Positions 9,771 through 19,756 of a stretch of DNA of 64,000 bases are shown in pieces; the first letter of the stretch is position 1; the number at the start of each line of letters is the position of its first letter. The translations under genes and the position numbers were made by a program. Below the pieces are notes generated by a model. That model saw only the letters and a program-made list of their open reading frames with translations. It had not been told where the DNA came from and did no database searches. Origin of the DNA: Nitrospirota bacterium (GTDB lineage Bacteria > Nitrospirota > Thermodesulfovibrionia > Thermodesulfovibrionales > Dissulfurispiraceae); NCBI GenBank assembly GCA_040754455.1, contig JBFMCP010000016.1, forward strand, positions 1 to 64,000. Reading direction: 5' to 3'.

Positions 9771-11548
9771 TATTTACCTCCGAAAGCCTTGTTGATTTGC
9801 GATAGCTGCTGGGCCAGAGAGTTGCTCACGCCGTTAAGCTGATTCAATACCCGATCGAGGTTGATATATTTTTTGCGCAGCGCCGACTCTACGGTCTGGA
9901 GCCTTCTCGTGAGATTTTCCTCGCTTCTCTGGACATTCTTTATGCTGTCCTGATAGCCGCTGGTCCTCGCGGGGATGCCGGTATTGATGTAAACATTCAG
10001 AGCTGACTCGAACGCAACCGCCATTTGGTTCACAGTTGTAACGACATTCGTTTCGTTGCTCGTCATAGCGCTATCGAGAGCAGTTGTATCGAGGGCTAAA
10101 ACACCATCTTTGTCATGGGTTAATCCGAATGAACTAAGGGTGGTATTGTTGTAGAGAGTTGTCGTTACCGTCCGCATGGTATTCTGCAGGGTCGATACGA
10201 GAGCGTCTCCCATCAGAATACCCCTTTGGGCGGCATTACCCCTCAAGTCTTTTACAGTAGCCATTGCCTTGTTGTAGGATGACACAAAAGAGTTCAACTT
10301 GTTTTTTAAGCTGCTCTGGTCCTTTGATACGGTAAGGACGATATTAGCAGCATTAGCACCTCCATAGTTTGCATCTCCCTTAATCAGCGTCAGGGTAACA
10401 CCATCAATCACATCAGTGATGGTATTGTTTGATTTTGTAACTTCCAGATTATTCACACTCAGTATTGCATCAATTGCCGACTGGGTTTCGGTCATATTGG
10501 AGTAGCCACTGGTGACGACATGGCTGGAATCAAAGGTCGCATTCGTTGCCAGACTGGAGAGGCCTACTGTGTCTCTCTCTCCACCGGCCGCCTCCTCATA
10601 AGTGCCGTCGAGGTCCTCATCCACCAGCAGCTTTATGGTATTCGCCGCGCCGGTTGAGCTCGATGTAAGCGTAAGATTGTAAGTACCATCTACTGCATCA
10701 TCGCCTGAAAGAGATATACCTGATGCGATACTCCTATCCACGGGAGAAAAACCCAGAATTTGCTCTGACGTCGTATTAGCATCACTCCATTTAATATTTA
10801 CCGTTGCCGCTCCGGTACTGTTCGTAATAGTAAATTTATTCGTTGCGGTTGTATTGTAATCCACAGTAAATGTATTCGTACCGCCCGAAGCCGAATCCAA
10901 TGCCGCCTTGATCTTTGTCGCAAGCTCAGCTCCCGTCCAGGTTCCTTCTTCTATGGTTGCCGTTTTATCAAGTCCGCCATCATTAAAAACAATAGCCTTA
11001 TTGCTCGCATTGATAACGAATTTATCCGACTCCTTTACAACCGAGGCGGTAACCCCTGCGCCGGCGTTGTTGATCGCGTCTTTTATGCCGGAAAGGGTAT
11101 TGTTGTCGCCGTTTATCAAAATCTCCTTTTCGGCGCCGGTGCCGACTTGTATCTTTATCCTCTGTGTACCATAGGACGATAGATCGGCGACCTTGCCGCT
11201 CTGTGAACCGAAACGGATTGAATGCATGCTCTGGGCGGAAGCGATTTGTTTAACCTTTACATTATAGGTGCCCAGATTTGCAGTTGATGTCGCCGTAGCG
11301 GTAAAATAGGTCGAATCGGAAAGCGAAACCGATCTGCCGAAGAGATCCGAACCTTTCAGTGCAGTTACTGCATCCCTGAGGCTTTTTGCGCTGCTCAACA
11401 ATGCGCCATATGCGCTGATCTTAGCCTGAAAGTCCGCTTGCTTCTGTTTGAGCTTGAGTAACGGCTGCCTCTCGATCTCCATCAGCTGATTCACGATAGC
11501 CATTGTATCGAGCCCTGACGTCCCCGAGCTTATCGGATTGGTTGCCAT
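9770..11548 (-). CDS. fliD: flagellar filament cap FliD
   Basis: SGLDT..IVNQLMEIERQP N-terminus, VIDGVTLTL, and position between flaG and fliS. Confidence 0.93.
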   Translation of the reverse strand: MATNPISSGTSGLDTMAIVNQLMEIERQPLLKLKQKQADFQAKISAYGALLSSAKSLRDAVTALKGSDLFGRSVSLSDSTYFTATATSTANLGTYNVKVKQIASAQSMHSIRFGSQSGKVADLSSYGTQRIKIQVGTGAEKEILINGDNNTLSGIKDAINNAGAGVTASVVKESDKFVINASNKAIVFNDGGLDKTATIEEGTWTGAELATKIKAALDSASGGTNTFTVDYNTTATNKFTITNSTGAATVNIKWSDANTTSEQILGFSPVDRSIASGISLSGDDAVDGTYNLTLTSSSTGAANTIKLLVDEDLDGTYEEAAGGERDTVGLSSLATNATFDSSHVVTSGYSNMTETQSAIDAILSVNNLEVTKSNNTITDVIDGVTLTLIKGDANYGGANAANIVLTVSKDQSSLKNKLNSFVSSYNKAMATVKDLRGNAAQRGILMGDALVSTLQNTMRTVTTTLYNNTTLSSFGLTHDKDGVLALDTTALDSAMTSNETNVVTTVNQMAVAFESALNVYINTGIPARTSGYQDSIKNVQRSEENLTRRLQTVESALRKKYINLDRVLNQLNGVSNSLAQQLSQINKAFGGK

Positions 11549-11584
11549 AACTATAGCGCTCCTTGGTGAAATCTATATAAAAGC

Positions 11585-11962
11585 CTACACTTTTTTACTG
11601 TAGATGCTCTCCCTCATCTCATCGAGTTTCTTTACCATCTCCATATATTCCTCGGGCGGGATCTGCCGTACCATCTCTCCCTTATCATCGAGTAGTTGTA
11701 TGACGACGTTTTTGTCTTCATCGATCGCGAAAATAGCTTTGAGGTTGACCGGATTATTCTGCGTCTCCCGGATTTTTTCCGCCTGTTCCCGTTTTTCAGC
11801 GTGCTCCTGCTGCAATATCCTCTGTATGTCCACAATAGTCGGGGGAGATTTGGCTTCAGCCCGGCGTTTGCCGGCGCCCTGCCCGTTACCGCTTGAAGGC
11901 TGTCCTCGTACAGCAAGCTGATCTGCATTTTGTACTATGGGATCAATTTTCATGGCGCTCAC
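11585..11962 (-). CDS. flaG: FlaG family protein
   Basis: VVIQLLDDKGEMVRQIPPEE motif; lies between fliC and fliD. Confidence 0.85.
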   Translation of the reverse strand: MSAMKIDPIVQNADQLAVRGQPSSGNGQGAGKRRAEAKSPPTIVDIQRILQQEHAEKREQAEKIRETQNNPVNLKAIFAIDEDKNVVIQLLDDKGEMVRQIPPEEYMEMVKKLDEMRESIYSKKV

Positions 11963-12060
11963 CTTTTATACTCTCTCGGTTCTACAGCGATTCCCTCCCT
12001 TTTTTACCGGGCGGCCTTGCGGCCGCCCTTTCTACTGTTCGCCTTGATCCGAACCCGGTA

Positions 12061-13548
12061 CTAACGGCCCAGAAGTGCCAGAACCTGCTGCGGCAGCGTA
12101 TTCGCCTGGCCGAGCACCGAGATACCGGCCTGCTGCATTATCATTGCCTTGGTCAGGTTTGCTGTTTCAACCGAGAAGTCCGCATCCATGATCCGAGAAC
12201 GGGCTGCGGTGATGTTTTCACGGACGTTATCAAGGTTGGCAATCGTCGAAACCAGCCTGTTCTGCGTTGCACCGAGCTTTGCTTTCTCGGAGGTTATCGT
12301 ATCCAGGGCCTTCTTGACCGCAAGGATCGTCACATTGGCACCGCCGACGTCGGTAACGGTCACTGCGTTCACCGAGTTCGCCGTAAGTGTCGTGCTCGTT
12401 GCACTGGAGGCATAGCCCAGTGCCTTCGCCGTATCTCCGCTGTCGAAGGATACCGAGGTATCGGTGAGATCGTCGTTCAGTATCACCCTTCCGTTCTGTC
12501 CGGCATCGACCGATGAGGTGGTGAAAGCGTGGGTACCGACGCCGCTTGCACCCGTGGCGCTCGTATTGATCGATACGCTGATACCCGCTCCACTGGTGTT
12601 GGCAAGGACGATCCTGCCGGCGGTATCAACCGCAACAGCGGTAACACCGGTCTCCGCCGACTTCGCGTTGATGGCGCTGATGACATTAGAGGCCAGGTCG
12701 GCAACGGTAGTTGCATTTGTAATGTCGCCGATTGTTACGCCATTCACCGTCAAATAGCCGGAGGCGATGGTGGTAACATTGGTTGCCCCTACAGCGAGCG
12801 CAGCACTGCTGACCAGTGCATTGCCATAAGAGAATGCAGTCACGCCGGTCTGTGATGAATACTGGTTGATCCGGTTGATGACGGTGACGCTGTTGTTCTG
12901 GATATCGGACTGCGCAATCGCCGCACCTAGAGATATCCCCTCCAATGTTGCGGAACCGGCGATGCCTGCAGTAGCGGTATAGACAAGGAAAGCGCTTGAA
13001 GCGATATTGGTAGCGTTCAGGCCGTTAGAGAAGTTCGTAGAAACACCCATCGTTGTGGGCGACACATTGGAGGTCGAAATATTGATGACTTCATTGACAT
13101 CGACTCCCACTTGCACATTGATGCTCTTTGCCTGGTTCAGGAACTGCTCGCCGTTGTACTTGGTCTGGGCGACAATCCGGTTCAGCTCGGCGACGAGCTG
13201 ACGGACTTCCTGGTTCATAGAGTTTCTGTCACCAGAGGTGTTGTAGCTCGCAGACTGGTTGGCAAGCTCATAGATTCTCTGGAGGGCATTGATCATCTCG
13301 TCCATGGCGCCTTCAGCGGTCTGCGCAAAAGAAACACCGTCATTGGCGTTTCTCATCGCAACAGAAAGTCCGTTCACCTGCGTGGTCATTCTTGTCGCAA
13401 TGGCGAGGCCGGCGGCGTCGTCCTTTGCAGAGTTGATCCTCAATGTGGATGACAGCCGCTGCATTGCTGTTGCAAGGGGTGTTTCGCTTTTCCTCAGGTT
13501 TCTCTGAGCATTAAGAGCAAAAAGGTTGGTGTTAATTGAAAGAGCCAT
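12061..13548 (-). CDS. fliC: flagellin
   Basis: MALSINTN...RLSS.LRINSAKDDAAGLAI and SRIMDADF...QANTLPQQVLALL. Start at 13548 follows AAGGAGG. Confidence 0.97.
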   Translation of the reverse strand: MALSINTNLFALNAQRNLRKSETPLATAMQRLSSTLRINSAKDDAAGLAIATRMTTQVNGLSVAMRNANDGVSFAQTAEGAMDEMINALQRIYELANQSASYNTSGDRNSMNQEVRQLVAELNRIVAQTKYNGEQFLNQAKSINVQVGVDVNEVINISTSNVSPTTMGVSTNFSNGLNATNIASSAFLVYTATAGIAGSATLEGISLGAAIAQSDIQNNSVTVINRINQYSSQTGVTAFSYGNALVSSAALAVGATNVTTIASGYLTVNGVTIGDITNATTVADLASNVISAINAKSAETGVTAVAVDTAGRIVLANTSGAGISVSINTSATGASGVGTHAFTTSSVDAGQNGRVILNDDLTDTSVSFDSGDTAKALGYASSATSTTLTANSVNAVTVTDVGGANVTILAVKKALDTITSEKAKLGATQNRLVSTIANLDNVRENITAARSRIMDADFSVETANLTKAMIMQQAGISVLGQANTLPQQVLALLGR

Positions 13549-13696
13549 TTTTTTTCCTCCTTGAAAAGAATCGCGATAAATGTCGGGCATCCTGCCCTGT
13601 TGAGCATTACAGGTAATGTGACGCTTTGGGGGGAACTGCTGCCGACCTCACCTCCTTTTTCCCTTGTTCACAAATACCCCCTTTGCTCTGTCTTCT

Positions 13697-13723
13697 TTAT
13701 CGGGAAGGCTTTGGAAAACTTTA
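13697..13723 (-). promoter_or_regulatory. sigma28 (FliA) promoter of fliC
   Basis: Minus strand TAAA-N15-CCCGATAA, with extended -35 TAAAGTTT. Confidence 0.8.
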
Positions 13724-13831
13724 ATGGCCAGAGACATTTTCGGGAGGCAGAATATGTCTTTGTTTTAATTTGACTTTTCAGCATACAGCAGATCTGCGGC
13801 AATTCACACCCAAGAAAAAAAATTATAACAA

Positions 13832-15853
13832 CTAGACCTTTAACAAGTCCCCTGCGAAAGTCAGATAATCATCATCTTTGGGCAATTTGCCGCACCATTT
13901 GGCAAAGAACCTTATCCTTCCCTTCCATTCATCTTCCGAAGACTGCTGAGAGCCAAATGTCTCTTTATAAACAACTCCCAGACACTCCGGCAGGTATTCG
14001 ATTGTATATCCCCTCCCCTTAGCCGCAAGGCATATATCAGCCTCAATCAGGTGATCGGCGATGCCCTCATCAAATCCGCCGATGGCCTCAAAAATCTTCC
14101 TGTGCATGCCAATCAATCCTCCGCCAACACACTCTGGAGTACTACTGACTGCTGACCGTCGGCTGCCGGCTGCTTCTTTTATCATGTACGGATTAAAATT
14201 AAAATCGAATCCCATGCCGAGGCAATACGGTGTCATATCGGGGTTTTTCAACGGGATCCCTGCTACGCCAGTCTTCATGACGTCGAGCAAGCCTGCACCT
14301 TTGAAATAAACAATGCCCGGTTTTATAAAAATTAAGTATTCGCCTGTTGATGCCTCTGCACCTTTATTATAGAGAGAGGATAAATTATCTCCTGCGGCGT
14401 GCACCATCCGCACATCGCCTGACATTCCGGAGAGCATCTCGCTCATGCCTTCGTCATTCACTACCATGACAACTTCCCAATCAGGGTATTTTGCATGCTG
14501 TGAAAGGGAGGTGAGTGTCGCCAACAGTGCCTCTTGGTCGCTGCCGGATGGAATAACGAAGCTCACCCTGTCGGAAACATAGTGTGTTGTGCGTTGAGCA
14601 TCGTGCGTTGTGCGCCTGGCCTTTGGCATTCGACCTTTGACTTTAAGTATATAGCTCATCACCTCCAATGCCCTGTCAACAGCCCTCCCGTCGAGCTTGT
14701 AGAACGACCTTCGTAAATATTCATCGATGGTGTTCCGGAGAGAATCGGGGACGCCGTGCTCCATCGTATGGAACAGATGCTCCCAGTTGCCCAGAGGAAA
14801 AACCGATTGCGCAATGCCCAACGCCACATAATGATCGTTTTGCTCATGCAGGGTGGGAATAGCAAACAACGGCTTACCAAAGGCAACAGCCTCGATGCCG
14901 AGTGTCGTCTTGCCCAAGACGACACAATAATCAGCGATCGCAAGGACTTTATAGGGATCATAGGTATACAGCATAACGGCATGGGGAGCAACCTCTTTGA
15001 TCATAGCCTCTATCGCCTGGTAAGAACTATAGAGAACATTCGGGTGCCATTTTAAAACACACGTCAGATCGGGTCTGTTCAATCCCTCAAGCAGTGCGTT
15101 CCATGGTTCTCTGTTATCAACTGCTCCCCACTCCGCGTCGATGAGAAAGGATACGACCTTCTTATCAGTTTCGATGCCGAGTTCCTTTTTGATCGCCACG
15201 ACCCTCTCCGGCGTGGCGTATGCTTTCAGCGCCTCATCGATATGGGTGTTACCGATGATGACGATCTTATCCGGTGAACTCCTCCACTTGACGAGCATGT
15301 CCCTCGTTGTCTCACCCCACAAAAGGTTTGCCGTCGAATACTCGGTATGGCAGGTAAACGCAAGGAGATCGGCGTAGTACTCACCCTCTTGGAGGGTGAC
15401 ATAGGGTATCCCGTATTTCATCGACAGGTGCCCCACCTGTTTGCCCCAGGGGTTCATTTCATGGAGCGCACAAAACATATCGGGACGCTCCCTGATGATC
15501 ATCTGTTCAAGACAGAAGTATTCTTCGATGTTCCTCGTCAGAGACCGGTGTTGCTCAAAGAGCGACCAGTGGCGGAAGCCGTCCCAGGAAAAGCAGATCT
15601 TCATCCATTCATCAAGCAGGATTTTTGTTGCGCGTACGGTTTTGGTCCGTGTTGATCGGTCAGCGTACTCGGTAAGGAACCGGAACCGGTATCCCTTGTT
15701 CAGGAGGTCCCTCTCGAAAGGGTAATCGGTCACGGTGGTAAAGAGGAGCACTTCTGCCCCCTCCGCCCGTGCACGATCCATAATCGGCAGCAGAAACCTG
15801 CTATGGTGCGCCATGCCGATAAAGCATGCCAGTTTCTTGTTCTTTAGTCGCAC
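13832..15853 (-). CDS. two-domain putative glycosyltransferase (GT-B-like N-domain with K-x-HP motif, GT2-like C-domain); candidate flagellin glycosylation enzyme
   Basis: LQEG, LLWGE, IGNTHID, LKWHP and TTLGIEA..FGKP in the N-domain; VSFVIP, YNKGA and IGGFDE in the C-domain; adjacent to fliC. Confidence 0.65.
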   Translation of the reverse strand: MRLKNKKLACFIGMAHHSRFLLPIMDRARAEGAEVLLFTTVTDYPFERDLLNKGYRFRFLTEYADRSTRTKTVRATKILLDEWMKICFSWDGFRHWSLFEQHRSLTRNIEEYFCLEQMIIRERPDMFCALHEMNPWGKQVGHLSMKYGIPYVTLQEGEYYADLLAFTCHTEYSTANLLWGETTRDMLVKWRSSPDKIVIIGNTHIDEALKAYATPERVVAIKKELGIETDKKVVSFLIDAEWGAVDNREPWNALLEGLNRPDLTCVLKWHPNVLYSSYQAIEAMIKEVAPHAVMLYTYDPYKVLAIADYCVVLGKTTLGIEAVAFGKPLFAIPTLHEQNDHYVALGIAQSVFPLGNWEHLFHTMEHGVPDSLRNTIDEYLRRSFYKLDGRAVDRALEVMSYILKVKGRMPKARRTTHDAQRTTHYVSDRVSFVIPSGSDQEALLATLTSLSQHAKYPDWEVVMVVNDEGMSEMLSGMSGDVRMVHAAGDNLSSLYNKGAEASTGEYLIFIKPGIVYFKGAGLLDVMKTGVAGIPLKNPDMTPYCLGMGFDFNFNPYMIKEAAGSRRSAVSSTPECVGGGLIGMHRKIFEAIGGFDEGIADHLIEADICLAAKGRGYTIEYLPECLGVVYKETFGSQQSSEDEWKGRIRFFAKWCGKLPKDDDYLTFAGDLLKV

Positions 15854-17031
15854 GGATGCCGTCTCCTTGTGAAAATCGTCGCTACGATATCACAGAGCGA
15901 GGTGAGCGACGTTTTTCTTCGGTAACAACTCATCAGGGCATCTTCCAATGCCGTTGGCTCATCAATAACCACCACTCCATCACGTGATGCCGTTCGCTCA
16001 TACAAGGGGTTATAGACAATAGAACACCTCCTATAGGAAGCAGCAAATCTGAGCGGCGTAATGTATGAGGGAGAAATAACAACATCCGATGTCATGATAA
16101 TGCGGGCCATGATCTCGGGCTCCAGCACATACGCCCGCCCCTTTATCCTTTTGATAACCTCCGCGTACATGTCATTGATGATATCATCCTCGCTGAGCTC
16201 TTTCACTGTATATCCCCGTTTTACGAGAAAGAGGAGCTTCTTCATGTTCATCGGCGCAATAGTAGAGAGGATGTTTCTCACGACAGCTCTGAAACGAGGA
16301 TGGTTGATAACCGTAATGCAGAGCTCGTCTCTGTCGGTTTCAATGCCACTGTTCAACATGAGGTTGCGGTAGGTATCTTCAATAGTAGAGAGACAGTATG
16401 CATCTTTCTCGTCGGTAACGAGAAATATCCGCTCATCGGCAACGCCCCATGTCCGCAGATAGTCCCGTTCATGCTCCTCTTTGACAACCATATAGTTCAT
16501 CGATTTTGCAAAGAGAGGAGGCGTATGCACTGCGGGGTATATCTGAAGCCCTACCAGCGGGATCGCCTTTTCGCGGGCGAGCAGACAGATTGCGGAATAA
16601 AACACACTGCACTCGGGGAGCGGCGAATCCTCCTCTGAGAGCAGGGGCATCACGATGAGCCGATAGGGAGTGATATCGATATCATGATAGGCATGCGCGT
16701 CGATATGCCCCCAGAAATCGTCAAAAGCAGCGAGCTTATATATCCTCATATCTGTTTCCGGGATGAACAAATGGTGCGTTTGTTTAATAAACGTCTTCAG
16801 CAGATCATCCCTGAACGAATAGGGGATAAGCAGCTTCCGTGCCTTGACGAGGTGCACACTGATCCCCCCCACATCCCTGCTGAATGCCTCGGCCTTTGCA
16901 GCAACCTCATCGGAATGGGTCAGGACATCAACTGCATTCCCTGCTCTTGCAAGCACTTGAGCAACATTAAGCAGCCTGCCCTGAGTAGCCTGCAGCTCTT
17001 TTTCGCCAATGGGGAAGAGTATGCGTCGCAT
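15844..17031 (-). CDS. hypothetical protein, possibly GT-B-like, in the glycosylation locus
   Basis: 395-aa ORF overlapping the next gene; NHP motif; operon context only. Confidence 0.5.
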   Translation of the reverse strand: MRRILFPIGEKELQATQGRLLNVAQVLARAGNAVDVLTHSDEVAAKAEAFSRDVGGISVHLVKARKLLIPYSFRDDLLKTFIKQTHHLFIPETDMRIYKLAAFDDFWGHIDAHAYHDIDITPYRLIVMPLLSEEDSPLPECSVFYSAICLLAREKAIPLVGLQIYPAVHTPPLFAKSMNYMVVKEEHERDYLRTWGVADERIFLVTDEKDAYCLSTIEDTYRNLMLNSGIETDRDELCITVINHPRFRAVVRNILSTIAPMNMKKLLFLVKRGYTVKELSEDDIINDMYAEVIKRIKGRAYVLEPEIMARIIMTSDVVISPSYITPLRFAASYRRCSIVYNPLYERTASRDGVVVIDEPTALEDALMSCYRRKTSLTSLCDIVATIFTRRRHPCD

Positions 17032-17040
17032 AAGCCAATT

Positions 17041-17589
17041 CTAGTGCGTCTTGTCGACAGCAAGCATATGTTCGTATGCCTTCTTTAAGAGTTCGTTTTC
17101 CGACGTCGTGCAAAGCTTTTCCACTACTGTCCTGAAAGGCTCACGGTCGCGGATACGCTCATACGCCATAGGCAGCAACCGTTGCAGGACCTCGAGCACC
17201 GCGGCCTGGTTGGTATAGTCGTAGTCGTAGTAAACATTTCCCTCCGTCGAGCATGCGAGCAGGTATTTGACGAACTCAGCAAACATTTCTTCATAGTGCG
17301 CGCCGTCCATGGCGATCAGTGCATTCAAGAACAGAAGATCGGCATGTCCGGCATTCAATCCGAGGCCCTCCCCGATATAACGACGTGCCGTTTCATAATC
17401 CTTCTCCTCGATGGCAAAACGTGCTGCAAGGGCGAGTATCTTTAGATAAACAGGGTTGTCCGCGCTCTTTTCTTCTTGGGGGACCTGGGGGAGCGCCCTT
17501 GCAATCGAATCCTTTGCAAGGTCGTTCTGTCCGATTTTGAGGTAGGAAATAGCGGAATTGAAATTTGCTACATACGGTTTCTCTGACAT
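17041..17589 (-). CDS. TPR-like helical protein
   Basis: A..YI.EGL.LNAGHADLLFL helical-repeat pattern; AAGGA RBS. Confidence 0.55.
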   Translation of the reverse strand: MSEKPYVANFNSAISYLKIGQNDLAKDSIARALPQVPQEEKSADNPVYLKILALAARFAIEEKDYETARRYIGEGLGLNAGHADLLFLNALIAMDGAHYEEMFAEFVKYLLACSTEGNVYYDYDYTNQAAVLEVLQRLLPMAYERIRDREPFRTVVEKLCTTSENELLKKAYEHMLAVDKTH

Positions 17590-17645
17590 GGCATTCCTTT
17601 CTTTTGTATCGATCGGCGTGTATCAACGTGCATGGTACGATGCGT

Positions 17646-18695
17646 TCACGAGACTATCATGTCCCATTGCAACGGCGTCCCTTTTTTTAGCTCCCTTCTC
17701 GCCGTCTTTCCAAGGACAGCTCGCAAATACTTAGGGGGGAGCCCATATCCAGGCCTTATGGACCTGACATTTTCTTCCGTAAAAACTTCTCCGGCTCTCA
17801 GATCATCAACTACAAACAGAGAGCGCGAAAACTCCCTGCTCCTCTTCACACGCTCGGAAAGCGCATAGCTTTTATCTCCAAGCGCCCGCTCCACTTCGCG
17901 AACCGCCCTGACCATTGTTTTGAACTCCTCAGGCTCAAGGGAAAACGGCGCATCAGGCCCACCGAGTTTTCTGTCTAAGATAAAATGCTTTTCTATTATC
18001 CTTGCGCCGAGTGCGACAGACGCTATGGGGACAGAAATGCCTAATGTATGGTCTGATAAGCCGACAACAGTTCCAAACCTCTCTGCCATATCAGGAATTG
18101 TCATTAAATTAATCTCTTCCAAAGGCGCAGGATATGCTGACGTGCATTTTAAAAGGACTATCTGGGTATTACCCATTTCTTTGCATGCGGCAACAGCTTC
18201 CTTAACATCATCAAGCGTTGCTATCCCCGTAGAAATAATAACAGGCTTTCCCTTTGATGCTATATATTCAATTAAGGGGATATCCGTTATCTCAAACGAA
18301 GCGACTTTATATACAGGGACATTCATCTGTTCAAGAAAATCAACGGCTGTTTTGTCGAACGGAGAAGAAAAGCATACAAGCCCCACATCCTCCGCTATCT
18401 CCTTCAGTTTCGGCTGCCATTCCCAGGGCGTGTATGCCTCCCGATAGAGTTGATACAGCGTCTTACCATCCCACATCGTCCCCTGCGTAATCTGAAAATA
18501 TTCATTTGCCACATCTATCGTTATCGTATCAGGGGTATAAGTCTGTAACTTTACGGCATCGGCACCTGATCTTTTAATGGCCTTGATAGTCTCTATCGCC
18601 ACGTCAAGCTTCTGCTGGTGGTTGGCTGATAACTCTGCGATTATGAATACGGGGTAGCCGTTCCCGATCTTTCGATCTGCAATAGTGACTTCCAT
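17646..18695 (-). CDS. pseI: pseudaminic acid synthase
   Basis: FIIAELSANH, KLQTYTPDT, KCTSAYP, SDHT, IEKHF and a C-terminal SAF domain (RPGYGLPP). Start at MEVTI. Confidence 0.92.
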   Translation of the reverse strand: MEVTIADRKIGNGYPVFIIAELSANHQQKLDVAIETIKAIKRSGADAVKLQTYTPDTITIDVANEYFQITQGTMWDGKTLYQLYREAYTPWEWQPKLKEIAEDVGLVCFSSPFDKTAVDFLEQMNVPVYKVASFEITDIPLIEYIASKGKPVIISTGIATLDDVKEAVAACKEMGNTQIVLLKCTSAYPAPLEEINLMTIPDMAERFGTVVGLSDHTLGISVPIASVALGARIIEKHFILDRKLGGPDAPFSLEPEEFKTMVRAVREVERALGDKSYALSERVKRSREFSRSLFVVDDLRAGEVFTEENVRSIRPGYGLPPKYLRAVLGKTARRELKKGTPLQWDMIVS

Positions 18696-18809
18696 ACAAT
18701 AATTTCCTATCTTTTTCTTTGAGAGTAGTCCATAAGTTTCCTTCTGCCGCACAACCAATTCTCCCCGTGCATACCCCCCTCCATGAGGGCACGGCATACA
18801 CGAGATTCC

Positions 18810-19577
18810 TTACTTCTTTTTGAATAAAAACATAATTTCTGGCGAATAGCCTTCGATCGGATTCACACCTTTCTTTATCAGTTCTACGGCTAATCTATTT
18901 ATAGGAGCATTATAATCCGGTTCACCTTCGGACAAGTAGGCGTTGAACACCCTTGATATGAAATAATATAAACTTCCAAAATCTATTTTCTCCGCTACAC
19001 AGAACCGTTCGCTCATCTTCTCAAGGATATCAAGCGATAAATATTCATTAAAAAATTTTACCTTTATCTCCTCAAGATTCAACTGCCTCCGAATTTCGTT
19101 TATCCTTTGAAGAGGCTCTATGAAACACTCTATCATTAAATAGGAGCCTCCGTTTTTTAAAAGGGAATAAATGTTATCCAATGCTCTGAATTTGGCATCT
19201 CCTTTCAAGTTTATGAGCAATCTTTTTGTTAAGATCTTATCGAACTTTTGAGTAATGATCCCTGATAGGTTCATGAGTGTAGCATCAATATTTAAAAAAT
19301 GGACGTTTTGCAGCTGCAGATCCCTCTTGTGGGCACCAGCGACTTCAATCATATTTTTCGAAAAATCCAGTCCGTAAAAAACCGTATTTTTTTTCTGTAA
19401 GGCCATGCTTAAAATTGTTCTTCCATTGCCGCATCCCAGATCGCAGATGATTTCGTTATCGCCGATAAATTTATCCAATAGAAAGGACTCTAACTCTTCC
19501 TCCATCGGGTCAAAGTTAACGGCCTTGACATCCGTTTTAAATTTTTCCGCCTGATTTTCCCAAAATTCTTTTGTCAT
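18810..19577 (-). CDS. class I SAM-dependent methyltransferase (AT-rich)
   Basis: DLGCGNG and GLDFSKNMI motifs. Confidence 0.85.
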   Translation of the reverse strand: MTKEFWENQAEKFKTDVKAVNFDPMEEELESFLLDKFIGDNEIICDLGCGNGRTILSMALQKKNTVFYGLDFSKNMIEVAGAHKRDLQLQNVHFLNIDATLMNLSGIITQKFDKILTKRLLINLKGDAKFRALDNIYSLLKNGGSYLMIECFIEPLQRINEIRRQLNLEEIKVKFFNEYLSLDILEKMSERFCVAEKIDFGSLYYFISRVFNAYLSEGEPDYNAPINRLAVELIKKGVNPIEGYSPEIMFLFKKK

Positions 19578-19756
19578 ATCAAAAGCACCTTTTAAAAATC
19601 ACTATTCCTCTCCGCACCGCTCTCCATCGTGACATCCACTCCGTCAGCAGATGATCCATGCATTTCCAGCCAAACTGCTGTCATAAAAATGCTCATGAGA
19701 TCCCCCTTGCCCTTCAAACAGTTGAATTCTGAAACAGCGATTATCTTTTAAGGATA

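Noticed and set aside
12009..12028. Hairpin after fliC as an intrinsic terminator
   Set aside because: No U-tract on the coding (minus) strand; more likely an mRNA-stabilising stem, so not called.
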